Shown here: piece after piece, positions 8,227 to 16,544 of the stretch
Numbering within the stretch: position 1 is the first letter of the stretch
How the letters are laid out: each line of letters begins with the position of its first letter
Assembly (NCBI GenBank): GCA_003599205.1
Contig: QZJA01000006.1
Location: forward strand, 1-33,785
From: Candidatus Parcubacteria bacterium
GTDB lineage: Bacteria > Patescibacteriota > Patescibacteriia > UBA1558 > GWA2-36-10
Direction: 5' to 3'
Length of the DNA stretch: 33,785 nucleotides
The notes under the pieces: model-generated
Database searches by the model: none
What the model was told of the DNA's origin: nothing
The model's input: the letters and a program-made list of their open reading frames with translations, nothing else
Made by a program: the position numbers and the translations under genes

Positions 8227-9963
8227 ATGACACCAGAGGAAACAAAAAAACTTTTTGATTATATCAGAGAGCAAAATTTTATAAATGACGACCAATATCA
8301 GGAACTCATGCAGCAAAAATTTTCTTCTTTTGCTGAAATGGAAAAATATCTGCGTCGTGTTGCTTTGCTTTCCGGAGAAGATTGGACCCAGGCTAAGGGT
8401 GTTTTTTATGGTGTGGAATATGCCAATTTGATTGGCAGAAATATAGATTCTGAAGTTTTAAATGTTTTGCCACAGAGCTTGTCAGAAAATTATCAAATGG
8501 TAGTTTTCAACAAAGAAGGTGGCAATTTGGAAGCTGGACTAGTAGATCCAACCAACTTCAAAGCTATTGAAGCGCTTAATTTTTTGGCGCGTAAGAAAGA
8601 GTATAAGGTCAAATATTATATAATATCCGAAGAGAGCTACCGTGCCGCTGCCAAGCAGTATGAAACCTTGGGTGAAGAGGTAGGTGAAGCTTTGGATACG
8701 GCCGAAGCTATTTTTGCTCCCAAAGAGGATATTTATGATGCTGATGAAGATGTTGAAGACGTTGTCAAAAGCGCTCCAGTATCAAAAATAGTTTCAGTTG
8801 TATTGCGCCACGCTATTGAGGGGCGAGCTTCAGATATTCATATTGAGCCGGTTGGCAATCAAAGCAAAGTGCGTTATAGGATTGATGGTGTTCTTCATAC
8901 AACCATTGTTTTGCCGATTTATGTGCATTCCGCTTTGGTATCAAAGATAAAAGTTATGGCCAACCTGAAGATTGATGAAACTAGGATTCCTCAAGATGGC
9001 CGTATTAGAATGAAAATTCACAACAAAGATGTTGACTTCCGTATATCTACTTTGCCGCTCATGGGTCAAGAAAAAGTAGTTATGCGTATTTTGGAAACTC
9101 CAGAAAAGGCTCCGAGTTTTGGCGATTTGGGCTTTATGGGTTTACAGCTCAAGGTAGTAGAGGAAAACATTTACAAGCCGAACGGTTTGTTTCTCCTTAC
9201 TGGTCCGACTGGTTCAGGAAAATCAACTACTTTGTTTGCCGCTTTGAATTATTTGAATAAAGAAGAAGTAAATATAGCCACTCTGGAAGATCCAGTAGAG
9301 TATTATATCCCCGGTGTTAATCAGTCTCAGATTAGACCAGAAGTAAACTATACTTTTGCCAGCGGTCTAAGAGCTTTGCTTCGTCAGGATCCAGACATCA
9401 TCATGGTCGGTGAGATTCGTGACAATGAAACAGCTGAGTTGGCTATCCATGCCGGCTTAACTGGACACTCAGTCTTGACGACTCTTCATACCAATAGTGG
9501 TATGGGAGCCATTCCTCGGTTGTTTGATATGCAAGTGGAGCCATTTCTCCTAGCTTCTACTTTAAATGCTGTTATTGCTCAACGTTTGGTGAGGAAGATA
9601 TGCCCCAAATGTAAAGTAGAAGAAAAATTACCTTCAGAGGTAATTAAACATGCCAAGGAAGTGTTGGACAGCATACCAAAGGAAGCTCTTTATCCAAATG
9701 TAGACAGCAACAACATGAAATTTTATCGCGGTCAGGGTTGTGCCAATTGCGGCCAGACAGGGTACAAAGGGCGTTTGGCTATTGTCGAAGCTATCAATGT
9801 CACCCGAGGTTTGCAAGATATAGTAGCTAGAGGATTTGCTCGTGCTGAAGCAGAAGAAGAGCTTAGGAAACAATTTTTTACCAACATGGAACAAGACGGC
9901 ATTGAAAAAGTCGTTTTGGGTATGACCACCATGGAGGAAGTCATGAGAGTAAGTAAAGCTTAA
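8227..9963 (+). CDS. pilB: Type IV pilus extension ATPase PilB (GspE family)
   Basis: Canonical Walker A LTGPTGSGKSTTL, Walker B LLRQDPDIIMVGEIRD, His box TGHSVLTTLHTN, and the tetracysteine motif CPKCK...CANCGQTGYKGR. The ORF track starts at TTG 8221; ATG 8227 is preferred. Confidence 0.93.
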   Translation: MTPEETKKLFDYIREQNFINDDQYQELMQQKFSSFAEMEKYLRRVALLSGEDWTQAKGVFYGVEYANLIGRNIDSEVLNVLPQSLSENYQMVVFNKEGGNLEAGLVDPTNFKAIEALNFLARKKEYKVKYYIISEESYRAAAKQYETLGEEVGEALDTAEAIFAPKEDIYDADEDVEDVVKSAPVSKIVSVVLRHAIEGRASDIHIEPVGNQSKVRYRIDGVLHTTIVLPIYVHSALVSKIKVMANLKIDETRIPQDGRIRMKIHNKDVDFRISTLPLMGQEKVVMRILETPEKAPSFGDLGFMGLQLKVVEENIYKPNGLFLLTGPTGSGKSTTLFAALNYLNKEEVNIATLEDPVEYYIPGVNQSQIRPEVNYTFASGLRALLRQDPDIIMVGEIRDNETAELAIHAGLTGHSVLTTLHTNSGMGAIPRLFDMQVEPFLLASTLNAVIAQRLVRKICPKCKVEEKLPSEVIKHAKEVLDSIPKEALYPNVDSNNMKFYRGQGCANCGQTGYKGRLAIVEAINVTRGLQDIVARGFARAEAEEELRKQFFTNMEQDGIEKVVLGMTTMEEVMRVSKA

Positions 9964-9974
9964 CCAAAAATATT

Positions 9975-10367
9975 ATGCCAGAAAGAAAAGTATTAGTTGT
10001 AGAAGATGATGATTTTTTGTTGGAGATGTACAGCACCAAACTTGAGCTGGAAGGCTTTAAAGTATACAACGCTACCAGTGGTATGCAAGGCTTAAAAGTC
10101 GCTCAAAGAGAGCTACCAGATTTAATACTTTTGGATTTGAATCTGCCTGAGATGAGCGGTTTTGAGGTTCTGGAGCATCTAAAAAATGGAGACACTACTA
10201 AAGATATATCGGTAGTTGTCTTGACCAACTATTCACAAAAAGATCATATTGATCGTTGTCTTGATTTGGGAGCTGATGATTATTTGATCAAGGCTCATTT
10301 TGTACCTTCAGAGGTTATCAGCAAGATAAAAAAAATATTAGACGAAAAAGAAACGCAAAATAAATAG
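9975..10367 (+). CDS. Single-domain response regulator (CheY-like receiver only)
   Basis: VLVVEDDD acidic pocket, phospho-acceptor context LILLDLNLPEMSG, VVVLTN, and YLIKA (conserved Lys). There is no output domain. Confidence 0.88.
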   Translation: MPERKVLVVEDDDFLLEMYSTKLELEGFKVYNATSGMQGLKVAQRELPDLILLDLNLPEMSGFEVLEHLKNGDTTKDISVVVLTNYSQKDHIDRCLDLGADDYLIKAHFVPSEVISKIKKILDEKETQNK

Positions 10368-10371
10368 TTTC

Positions 10372-11436
10372 ATGCCAGATACTTTACTTATAAATAATAT
10401 TTTAAATATTGCCTCAGAGAGGAAAGCAACCGATGTTCATCTGATTGCTGGCAATAGTCCTGTCATTAGAGTTGATGGGCGTCTTGTTACTTTGACTGAA
10501 GAGAAAGTTTTGACACCGAGTTCGCTCAATAGCGTAGCGGAAATTATCTTGACCAAAGAGGACATTGAGCGTTTGGGTCAGGAAAGGGAGGTTTCTACTA
10601 TTTATTCCTGGAACAATCGCGCTCGTTTTAGAATCAAGGCTTTTTACCAAAAAGGCTTTATTGCTATTTCCATGCGTTTGATTCCGGCTTATATCCGCTC
10701 ACCCAAAGATTTGGGCATTCCTCAAGCAATTATTCAGCTGTTAAACAGGGAAAAAGGTCTATTGATAATTACTGGTCCCTTTGGCAGTGGCCGGACAACG
10801 ACAGTAGCTTCACTTTTGGAAACATTGAATCAAAACAAAGGTGTCCATATCCAGACTTTGGAAAAACCAATTGAGTATTTATTTGCCAATAACCAATCAG
10901 TTATTGAGCAGAGAGAAATTGGCAAAGACGTAGCAGATTTTTCTCAGGGCATTGCTGATGTAATAGATGAAGATATTGATGTAGTTTATATTTCAACGGT
11001 TCATGAGTTTGGTATAGAAGAAAAAATATTGGAATTGGCAGAAAGTGGCAAATTGGTGATTATAGTAATGGATGCCGATTCGGTAATTTCTGCTATTGAG
11101 AGATTTATCAGCGATCTGCCTCAAGAAAAAAGAGAGTGGGGGCATGATCTTTTAGCCGATGTATTGCTCGGTGCTTTGGGCCAGCGTTTACTGCCTAGGA
11201 TAGGTGGAGGATTTTCTTTGGCTTGTGAAGTTTTGACTAGTATCCCAGCAGTCAAATCCAGCATCAGAGAGGACAAACTTCATCAGTTGAGCAGTATTAT
11301 GCAGACTTCAAAGGATGAGGGCATGATTGATTTGGATAAAGCTCTCTTGGCCAAGATAAGAGCCGGTGAGGTCAGCCCCGAAGATGCTATGAATCAAGCG
11401 CTTGATCCGCAAATATTTAAACAGAATTTTAGTTAA
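10372..11436 (+). CDS. pilT: PilT-family hexameric ATPase homolog with degenerate catalytic motifs
   Basis: PilT-like N-terminus ATDVHLIAGNSPVIRVDGRL, IEQREI, and AVKSSIREDKL (AIRNLIRE-like). However, Walker A is GPFGSGRTT (Lys to Arg, CGG at 10792-10794), the Asp box is LEKPIEY, Walker B reads DIDVVYISTVHE and the His box reads SGKLVIIVMDAD. Confidence 0.8.
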   Translation: MPDTLLINNILNIASERKATDVHLIAGNSPVIRVDGRLVTLTEEKVLTPSSLNSVAEIILTKEDIERLGQEREVSTIYSWNNRARFRIKAFYQKGFIAISMRLIPAYIRSPKDLGIPQAIIQLLNREKGLLIITGPFGSGRTTTVASLLETLNQNKGVHIQTLEKPIEYLFANNQSVIEQREIGKDVADFSQGIADVIDEDIDVVYISTVHEFGIEEKILELAESGKLVIIVMDADSVISAIERFISDLPQEKREWGHDLLADVLLGALGQRLLPRIGGGFSLACEVLTSIPAVKSSIREDKLHQLSSIMQTSKDEGMIDLDKALLAKIRAGEVSPEDAMNQALDPQIFKQNFS

Positions 11437-11438
11437 TT

Positions 11439-12647
11439 ATGGCTGTCTATAAATATCGATCCAGAAATAATGACGGTCGGATAACCGTCGGTGTAGTAGA
11501 AGCTAGCAATCAAAGTGAAGCGGCTGAATTGTTGATGGACAAAGGTCTAATAGTTTTGTCTTTGGCCGAAACAAGTGCCAAATCAAAAACGGGACTCAAT
11601 ATAAATATTGGTCGAATAAAGCATAAAGATATAGTTATATTTTCTCGTCAGCTTTCGGTCATGATTTCCGCTACTGTGCCGATAGTGCAATCACTCAAGA
11701 TATTGGCGCAGCAGACAGTTAATCCTATTTTTATAGAAAAAATTATTGAAATAGCCAACGATGTTGATGGCGGTATGAAGCTGTCTGATGCTTTGGGCAA
11801 GCACAAAAAAGTTTTTAGTCATTTTTATGTAGCTATGGTCAGATCCGGCGAGACTTCTGGTCGTTTGGATGAGGTCTTGGAATATTTGGCTGATCAGATG
11901 GAAAAGGATTATGATTTGGTCTCTCGTATCAAGGGAGCGATGATTTATCCGATATTTATTATTGGTGGTATGATAGCGGTCGGTGCTCTAATGATGGTTT
12001 TTGTGGTGCCCAAGATGACCCAGATGCTCAAAGATACTGGCACTGAGCTGCCACTTTTGACCAGGATACTGATAGGTACTTCAGATTTTATTCAGAGCAA
12101 CGCAATACTTCTCTCTTTGACATTAATAATTTTGATAGTTTTGACCAAAGTGTGGGTCAGCTCAACGGCTGGTAAGGTTGCTTGGGATTCAGTCAAAATA
12201 AACATTCCTATATTTGGTACTTTATTTAAAAAAATATACATTGTCCGTTTTACCAGGAGCTTATCCACTTTGATTAGAGGTGGTGTGCCAATTGCCGTAG
12301 CTTTGCGTATTACTGGTGAGGTTGTGGATAACCGAGCTTATGAAAAATTGATTATGGATACAGTCGCTGAAGTAGAGGGAGGTAATTCTATTGCTACTTT
12401 GTTTGTCAAGTCTGATTTGGTGCCAAAGATGCTTTCACAGATGATAGTTATTGGTGAGCGCACTGGCAAATTGGACACTGTTTTGGAAAGATTGAGCGAT
12501 TTTTACAGCCGAGAAATAGACAATTTGGTCCAGGGCCTGACATCTTTGATTGAGCCTTTGATACTTATCATCATGGGTGTCGGTGTCGGCGGTATGGTAG
12601 CGGCTATTATGTTGCCAATGTTTAAGGTAGCCCAGAGCATATCCTAA
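11439..12647 (+). CDS. pilC: Type IV pilus platform protein PilC (GspF family)
   Basis: 402 aa with two GspF-type repeats, three TM segments and the typical N-terminus MAVYKYRSRNNDGRITVGVVEA. Confidence 0.92.
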   Translation: MAVYKYRSRNNDGRITVGVVEASNQSEAAELLMDKGLIVLSLAETSAKSKTGLNINIGRIKHKDIVIFSRQLSVMISATVPIVQSLKILAQQTVNPIFIEKIIEIANDVDGGMKLSDALGKHKKVFSHFYVAMVRSGETSGRLDEVLEYLADQMEKDYDLVSRIKGAMIYPIFIIGGMIAVGALMMVFVVPKMTQMLKDTGTELPLLTRILIGTSDFIQSNAILLSLTLIILIVLTKVWVSSTAGKVAWDSVKINIPIFGTLFKKIYIVRFTRSLSTLIRGGVPIAVALRITGEVVDNRAYEKLIMDTVAEVEGGNSIATLFVKSDLVPKMLSQMIVIGERTGKLDTVLERLSDFYSREIDNLVQGLTSLIEPLILIIMGVGVGGMVAAIMLPMFKVAQSIS

Positions 12648-12652
12648 AATTA

Positions 12653-12681
12653 TTGTTGCTTTTTAAAAAAAGTGCTATAAT
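12653..12681 (+). promoter_or_regulatory. Candidate promoter of the major pilin gene: TTGTTG, 17 nt, TGcTATAAT
   Basis: TATAAT at 12676-12681 is preceded by TGc, with TTGTTG at 12653-12658. A second TATAAT lies at 12687-12692. This implies a ~115-nt leader. Confidence 0.4.
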
Positions 12682-12808
12682 AATTGTATAATTAAATAAT
12701 TTTTAAACATTAACATCCTTAGCGCTCATCTTAATAAAGTTAGAACTTTAGGGATTCCGAGCTTTAACTTTTATTAATTTGAGCACTAGTATGAAGGGAG
12801 GTGAAACA

Positions 12809-13234
12809 ATGAGACAAAAAGGATTTACTTTAGTTGAGTTGTTAGTCGTTATCGCTATTATTGGTATTTTATCAACAGTAGCAATCGTCAATTTAAACAG
12901 TGCTCGTGACAAGGCCAAATTTGCGTCAGCTCAATCTGCTATGTCACAAATGGCCACTCCAATGATTCTGTGTATGGATGAAGAAGTGGGTGGTGGTACG
13001 GTTACTTGGCTCGCTAATGGTCCTGTAGCAAACCAAGAACCATGTGATGCGACTGCCGTTGATGGGTCTGAATTTCCAGATCTAGGAACCGGTTGGTCTT
13101 ATAGTGCCACTGGAGCGTATTGGGGGCATGACTATGATACTTATGAATGGCATTTCTGTGCTGTAAGTACTAGTGGAGACGATATTGATTGTACCCAAGA
13201 TGGTTGTTCAGCAACATCAACTTGTCCAGTATAG
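12809..13234 (+). CDS. Major type IV pilin (type IVa-like short leader)
   Basis: MRQKG/FTLVELLVVIAIIGIL class III signal with Glu+5. A strong SD, AAGGGAGGTG, lies 6 nt upstream of ATG 12809. The listed TTG 12779 start would translate through this SD. It has its own promoter and terminator and six Cys in the globular domain. Confidence 0.88.
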   Translation: MRQKGFTLVELLVVIAIIGILSTVAIVNLNSARDKAKFASAQSAMSQMATPMILCMDEEVGGGTVTWLANGPVANQEPCDATAVDGSEFPDLGTGWSYSATGAYWGHDYDTYEWHFCAVSTSGDDIDCTQDGCSATSTCPV

Positions 13235-13273
13235 TAACAATTTAGTAAAAAATTTAATTTAGAAAACAAAAGG

Positions 13274-13300
13274 TCTCTCTTTTATAAAGAGGGATTTTTT
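13274..13300 (+). terminator. Rho-independent terminator after the pilin gene
   Basis: A 9-bp stem (13274-13282 with 13286-13294, including one G-U pair), a 3-nt loop, then TTTTTT at 13295-13300. Confidence 0.7.
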
Positions 13301-13341
13301 GTTTTGTTGGGATTTATGCTATAATAAAGACAAGTTTTTAT

Positions 13342-13776
13342 ATGTTTAAGGCATACAGCGTAAAAGTAAAAGTAATATTTATTGTTGTCATAGTTTTGGC
13401 CATTGTTTTGCTAATTGTGTTCAACAATTACAACAAAGGCAAGGCTAGGGATTTACAAATGGTTATTCAGGCAAAATCATTAGCTATTTCTCTGGAAGAA
13501 TATTATGACAAGTTCAATGCTTATCCAGCTACTGCTAGTGTTTCTTTGGATAGTATTTATACTGTTACTCAAGCGGGACTTAATCAAAATGAAGGCGTTA
13601 TTTATTTTAAGCGGGATTTTGAGTGGGCTAGGCCAGGTAAATATTTGAGTGATGGCAGAAATTATGCGATTGATTTTGATCTGGATTATGGTTGGTCAGT
13701 CTGGGGTCTAGACAGGGACGGTGGTAAGTGCCGAGTTTCTACCAATGTAACTATGGCCTGTATAGCTGATAATTAG
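13342..13776 (+). CDS. Pilin-like membrane protein lacking a prepilin cleavage motif
   Basis: N-terminal hydrophobic helix VIFIVVIVLAIVLLIVF followed by NKGKARDLQMVIQAKSLAISLEEYY. This resembles the post-helix region of the pilin (NSARDKAKFASAQSA), but there is no G/F-x-x-x-E site. Confidence 0.6.
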   Translation: MFKAYSVKVKVIFIVVIVLAIVLLIVFNNYNKGKARDLQMVIQAKSLAISLEEYYDKFNAYPATASVSLDSIYTVTQAGLNQNEGVIYFKRDFEWARPGKYLSDGRNYAIDFDLDYGWSVWGLDRDGGKCRVSTNVTMACIADN

Positions 13777-13817
13777 ATATATTATTTTTCGAACAATTAT
13801 GTTATAATAAAACTACT

Positions 13818-14597
13818 ATGATAGTAGTTTTTGTTTTAATTTTTGGCTTATTTATTGGTAGCTTCCTCAACGTGGTTATTTATCGTTTGCATCGCGAGGA
13901 ATCTTTTGTTAAAGGCAGTTCCAAGTGCCTTTTTTGCGGGCATAGACTGTACCCAAAGGATTTAATTCCTTTATTTAGCTATGTATTTTTGAGAGGGCAC
14001 TGCCGTTATTGTCAGCAGAGGTTTTCCTCGCAATATCCTTTGGTAGAAGCCACCACAGCTTTGGCTTTTATTTTAATTTTTATAAATATTTTTCCTCAAG
14101 ATAGCTGGAATTACGCGCAGATAACGGATTATTTTAAATTGTTATCTTGGTGGACAATGGCTTCTTTTCTAATTATTATTTTTGTTTACGATTTGAGATA
14201 TTATTTGATTTTAGACAAAGTAATATTGCCGGCGATTATTTTTTCTTTTTTTGCCAATCTGGTGCTTGGTCATAATTGGTGGCAGATGCTGTTGGCCGGA
14301 GTTGTCGGTGGCGGTTTCTTTTTGTTGCAGTATGTTTTGTCAAAGGGTCGTTGGATCGGAGGAGGCGATATCCGCCTAGGGGCACTGATGGGTATAATTT
14401 TGTCTTGGCCCCATGTTTTGACGGCATTATTTATTGCTTATATTTTAGGTAGTATAATTAGCGTAATTTTGCTTTTGGGTAGCAAGAAAGCTTGGGGAGA
14501 TAAAGTTCCTTTTGGTACTTTTTTGTCCTTAGCTACTTTTGTTACTTTATTGTATCATCAGGAGTTAACAAATTGGTATTTTTCTTTATTTAGTTAA
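13818..14597 (+). CDS. pilD: Prepilin peptidase PilD (A24 aspartic peptidase)
   Basis: N-terminal CLFCGHRL...CRYCQQRF cysteine pairs. Multiple TM segments carry the two catalytic Asp contexts VYDLRYY and GGGDIRLG. Confidence 0.9.
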   Translation: MIVVFVLIFGLFIGSFLNVVIYRLHREESFVKGSSKCLFCGHRLYPKDLIPLFSYVFLRGHCRYCQQRFSSQYPLVEATTALAFILIFINIFPQDSWNYAQITDYFKLLSWWTMASFLIIIFVYDLRYYLILDKVILPAIIFSFFANLVLGHNWWQMLLAGVVGGGFFLLQYVLSKGRWIGGGDIRLGALMGIILSWPHVLTALFIAYILGSIISVILLLGSKKAWGDKVPFGTFLSLATFVTLLYHQELTNWYFSLFS

Positions 14598-14610
14598 TAA
14601 ATAAAATATT

Positions 14611-15264
14611 ATGAGAAAAATTTTTAAGAATCGAGCAGGGTTCTCTTTCATTGAGCTGATCATAGCCGTGGCTATCATCATCATTATTTCTTCTGTATTT
14701 ATAGTCAATGTCCGACTCAATACGCAAGAAGATGTTCGCACTAGTACTGAAAAATTGGCAGCTGATATAAGGTATATAAGAAATTTGGCTGTTTCGCGAG
14801 CTGAGTATCAGTTTGCCGATCAGACCGCTGATCAAAAAACCTATCCAGCTGGTGGTTATGGTATATTTTTTTATGGTAGTCTGGCTAGGGACAAGTATTT
14901 TATTTTTGCCGATGATGGCACTACTATTGGTTACCAAGCAGATTCAGACGAAATTTTATATGAAGTGGAAGTTTATCCTTTGTTGCTTGATGATCAAAAT
15001 GGTCCTTTGACTGATTTTTGGTTTACTTTCATCAGTGAAAATCAAGTCGTGAGTTCTATGGGTTTGGCCGCCGATAAGAAATACATGGTTAACTTGAGAG
15101 AAAATATCGGCACTTGGGGTACCGGCTATCAGGGTAGTTTGGTGCTGGGTGAAGTCTCTAGTGATGGTTATGTTTGGAGCAATATTGGCACTTCTTATAG
15201 CACTTTCAGTATTGCCAAACCGGCGCCACTACCAAAAGATCCAGAAGAAGCCATGGAAATTTAA
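14611..15264 (+). CDS. Minor pilin / pseudopilin with class III signal
   Basis: MRKIFKNRAG/FSFIELIIAVAIIIII. Confidence 0.8.
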   Translation: MRKIFKNRAGFSFIELIIAVAIIIIISSVFIVNVRLNTQEDVRTSTEKLAADIRYIRNLAVSRAEYQFADQTADQKTYPAGGYGIFFYGSLARDKYFIFADDGTTIGYQADSDEILYEVEVYPLLLDDQNGPLTDFWFTFISENQVVSSMGLAADKKYMVNLRENIGTWGTGYQGSLVLGEVSSDGYVWSNIGTSYSTFSIAKPAPLPKDPEEAMEI

Positions 15265-15899
15265 TGTCCGAAAAAAATATAAACAAAAATCAAGGTTTTA
15301 CTTTGATAGAACTGTTGATTGCAATAGCGGTATTTACCTTAGGCATAATGGGTGCCTTTACTTTGGCTTTGGCTAATATCAATACTATCAGGGAAAATTT
15401 TAATAGAGTTTTGGCAGCTAATATTTCCCGCGAGGGAGTGGAAATAGTCAGAAATATGCGGGATAGCAATTGGTTGAGAGAAGAGGCTAATGAATATTGT
15501 GGCGCTTATATTTGTTCTTGGTCTGATGGTTTAACGGCCGGTTTTTATTATGCTGATTATAATGATGCGGCTTTAAATCCTTTTGTTTGCTCAGATCTTG
15601 ATGCTTGTATTTCCAGCTGTACTAATTCCGGCATTTGCTCCCTTTATTTGAATAGTAATGTCTATGATCATACTATTGGTCCCAACAAAAGTAACATGTC
15701 TCGGATTATTCAGATAGAAAATATTTGTATTGTTGATGCTAGTGGTGCTCCAGTAGAGGATATTAGAACTTCAAGCTGTGATAAATCTGCTGGCGAGATT
15801 GATGCTGGCATCAGAGTGACTTCTAGAGTGCGCTGGTCCGGTAGAGACAAAAATATTGACATTGATTCGTCAGAGCTTATTTATAATTGGCGCAGATGA
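15264..15899 (+). CDS. Minor pilin with class III signal
   Basis: MSEKNINKNQG/FTLIELLIAIAVFTLG. Its ATG overlaps the upstream TAA by 1 nt (TAATG). Confidence 0.8.
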   Translation: MSEKNINKNQGFTLIELLIAIAVFTLGIMGAFTLALANINTIRENFNRVLAANISREGVEIVRNMRDSNWLREEANEYCGAYICSWSDGLTAGFYYADYNDAALNPFVCSDLDACISSCTNSGICSLYLNSNVYDHTIGPNKSNMSRIIQIENICIVDASGAPVEDIRTSSCDKSAGEIDAGIRVTSRVRWSGRDKNIDIDSSELIYNWRR

Positions 15900-16540
15900 T
15901 GGATAAAAAAAACAACCAAGGCTTTACTCTGCTAGAACTTCTGATTACAGTCGGTATTTTTTCTATGACGGTTTTGATGGTGGCCGGTATCTATGTAGCT
16001 TTTTCAAAAAATCAAGCTCGAGCCAAGGCAGCTCAGACTTTGCTTAATAATTCCCAATATACTTTGGAAATAATTTCTCGAGAAATAAAAAATAATGAAA
16101 TTTTTGATTATAACCCCAATAATTCTGGTGGCCTTTGCGGGGCAGTGAGTTGCTGTAATTATTATATTGGTCCAGATTATGAAAGCTGTATCTTGCTACA
16201 AAAGCCTGATGGGCAATTAGTCGCTTTTGTGGCTGATTTGAGCCTGGATCAACAAAAAGTATTTTATGTTGTTCCACCAGGAGATTCTTATGCTCAGTCT
16301 CCATGGGAGTCAGTGGAAGAGGCTTACACTAAATTATTAGCTCCGGAGTTAAATGATGTAGTAGTTGAAAGTTTGGATTTTTATTTTTCTCCTGATACCG
16401 ATCCTTTTGTGGTTGGTGGTCCAAATTTACAGCCCAAGGTGACTATCAACATGAATACGGTCTATGATACCGAGCAAATCATCGCCCAAGTGTCATATCG
16501 TCTTCAGACAACAATTTCATCTCGTATATATAAGCGTTAG
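15896..16540 (+). CDS. Minor pilin with class III signal
   Basis: MMDKKNNQG/FTLLELLITVGIFSM. ATG 15896 forms an ATGA overlap with the upstream TGA stop (15897-15899). The listed TTG 15887 is less likely. Confidence 0.8.
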   Translation: MMDKKNNQGFTLLELLITVGIFSMTVLMVAGIYVAFSKNQARAKAAQTLLNNSQYTLEIISREIKNNEIFDYNPNNSGGLCGAVSCCNYYIGPDYESCILLQKPDGQLVAFVADLSLDQQKVFYVVPPGDSYAQSPWESVEEAYTKLLAPELNDVVVESLDFYFSPDTDPFVVGGPNLQPKVTINMNTVYDTEQIIAQVSYRLQTTISSRIYKR

Positions 16541-16544
16541 ATTT

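Noticed and set aside
12779-12808. TTG 12779 as the pilin start (leader MSTSMKGGET)
   Set aside because: It would translate through the strong AAGGGAGGTG Shine-Dalgarno sequence. ATG 12809 gives a normal 5-residue type IVa leader, MRQKG.
14590-14937. 115-aa minus-strand ORF, and the many other 60-115-aa antisense or out-of-frame ORFs in the track (for example 257-454, 3352-3597, 5337-5645, 9634-9894, 18284-18642, 21764-22123, 26304-26531, 30428-30772, 33205-33783)
   Set aside because: All are embedded in well-supported genes on the other strand or in another frame. Their composition is low-complexity Ile/Phe/Asn/Ser-rich, typical of AT-rich shadow frames. None has a start context.
16464-16544. 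Upstream start for the PilX-like gene (MIPSKSSPKCHIVF...)
   Set aside because: It overlaps the preceding minor pilin gene by 77 nt in another frame. ATG 16545 lies 5 nt after that gene's stop and yields a sensible N-terminal anchor.
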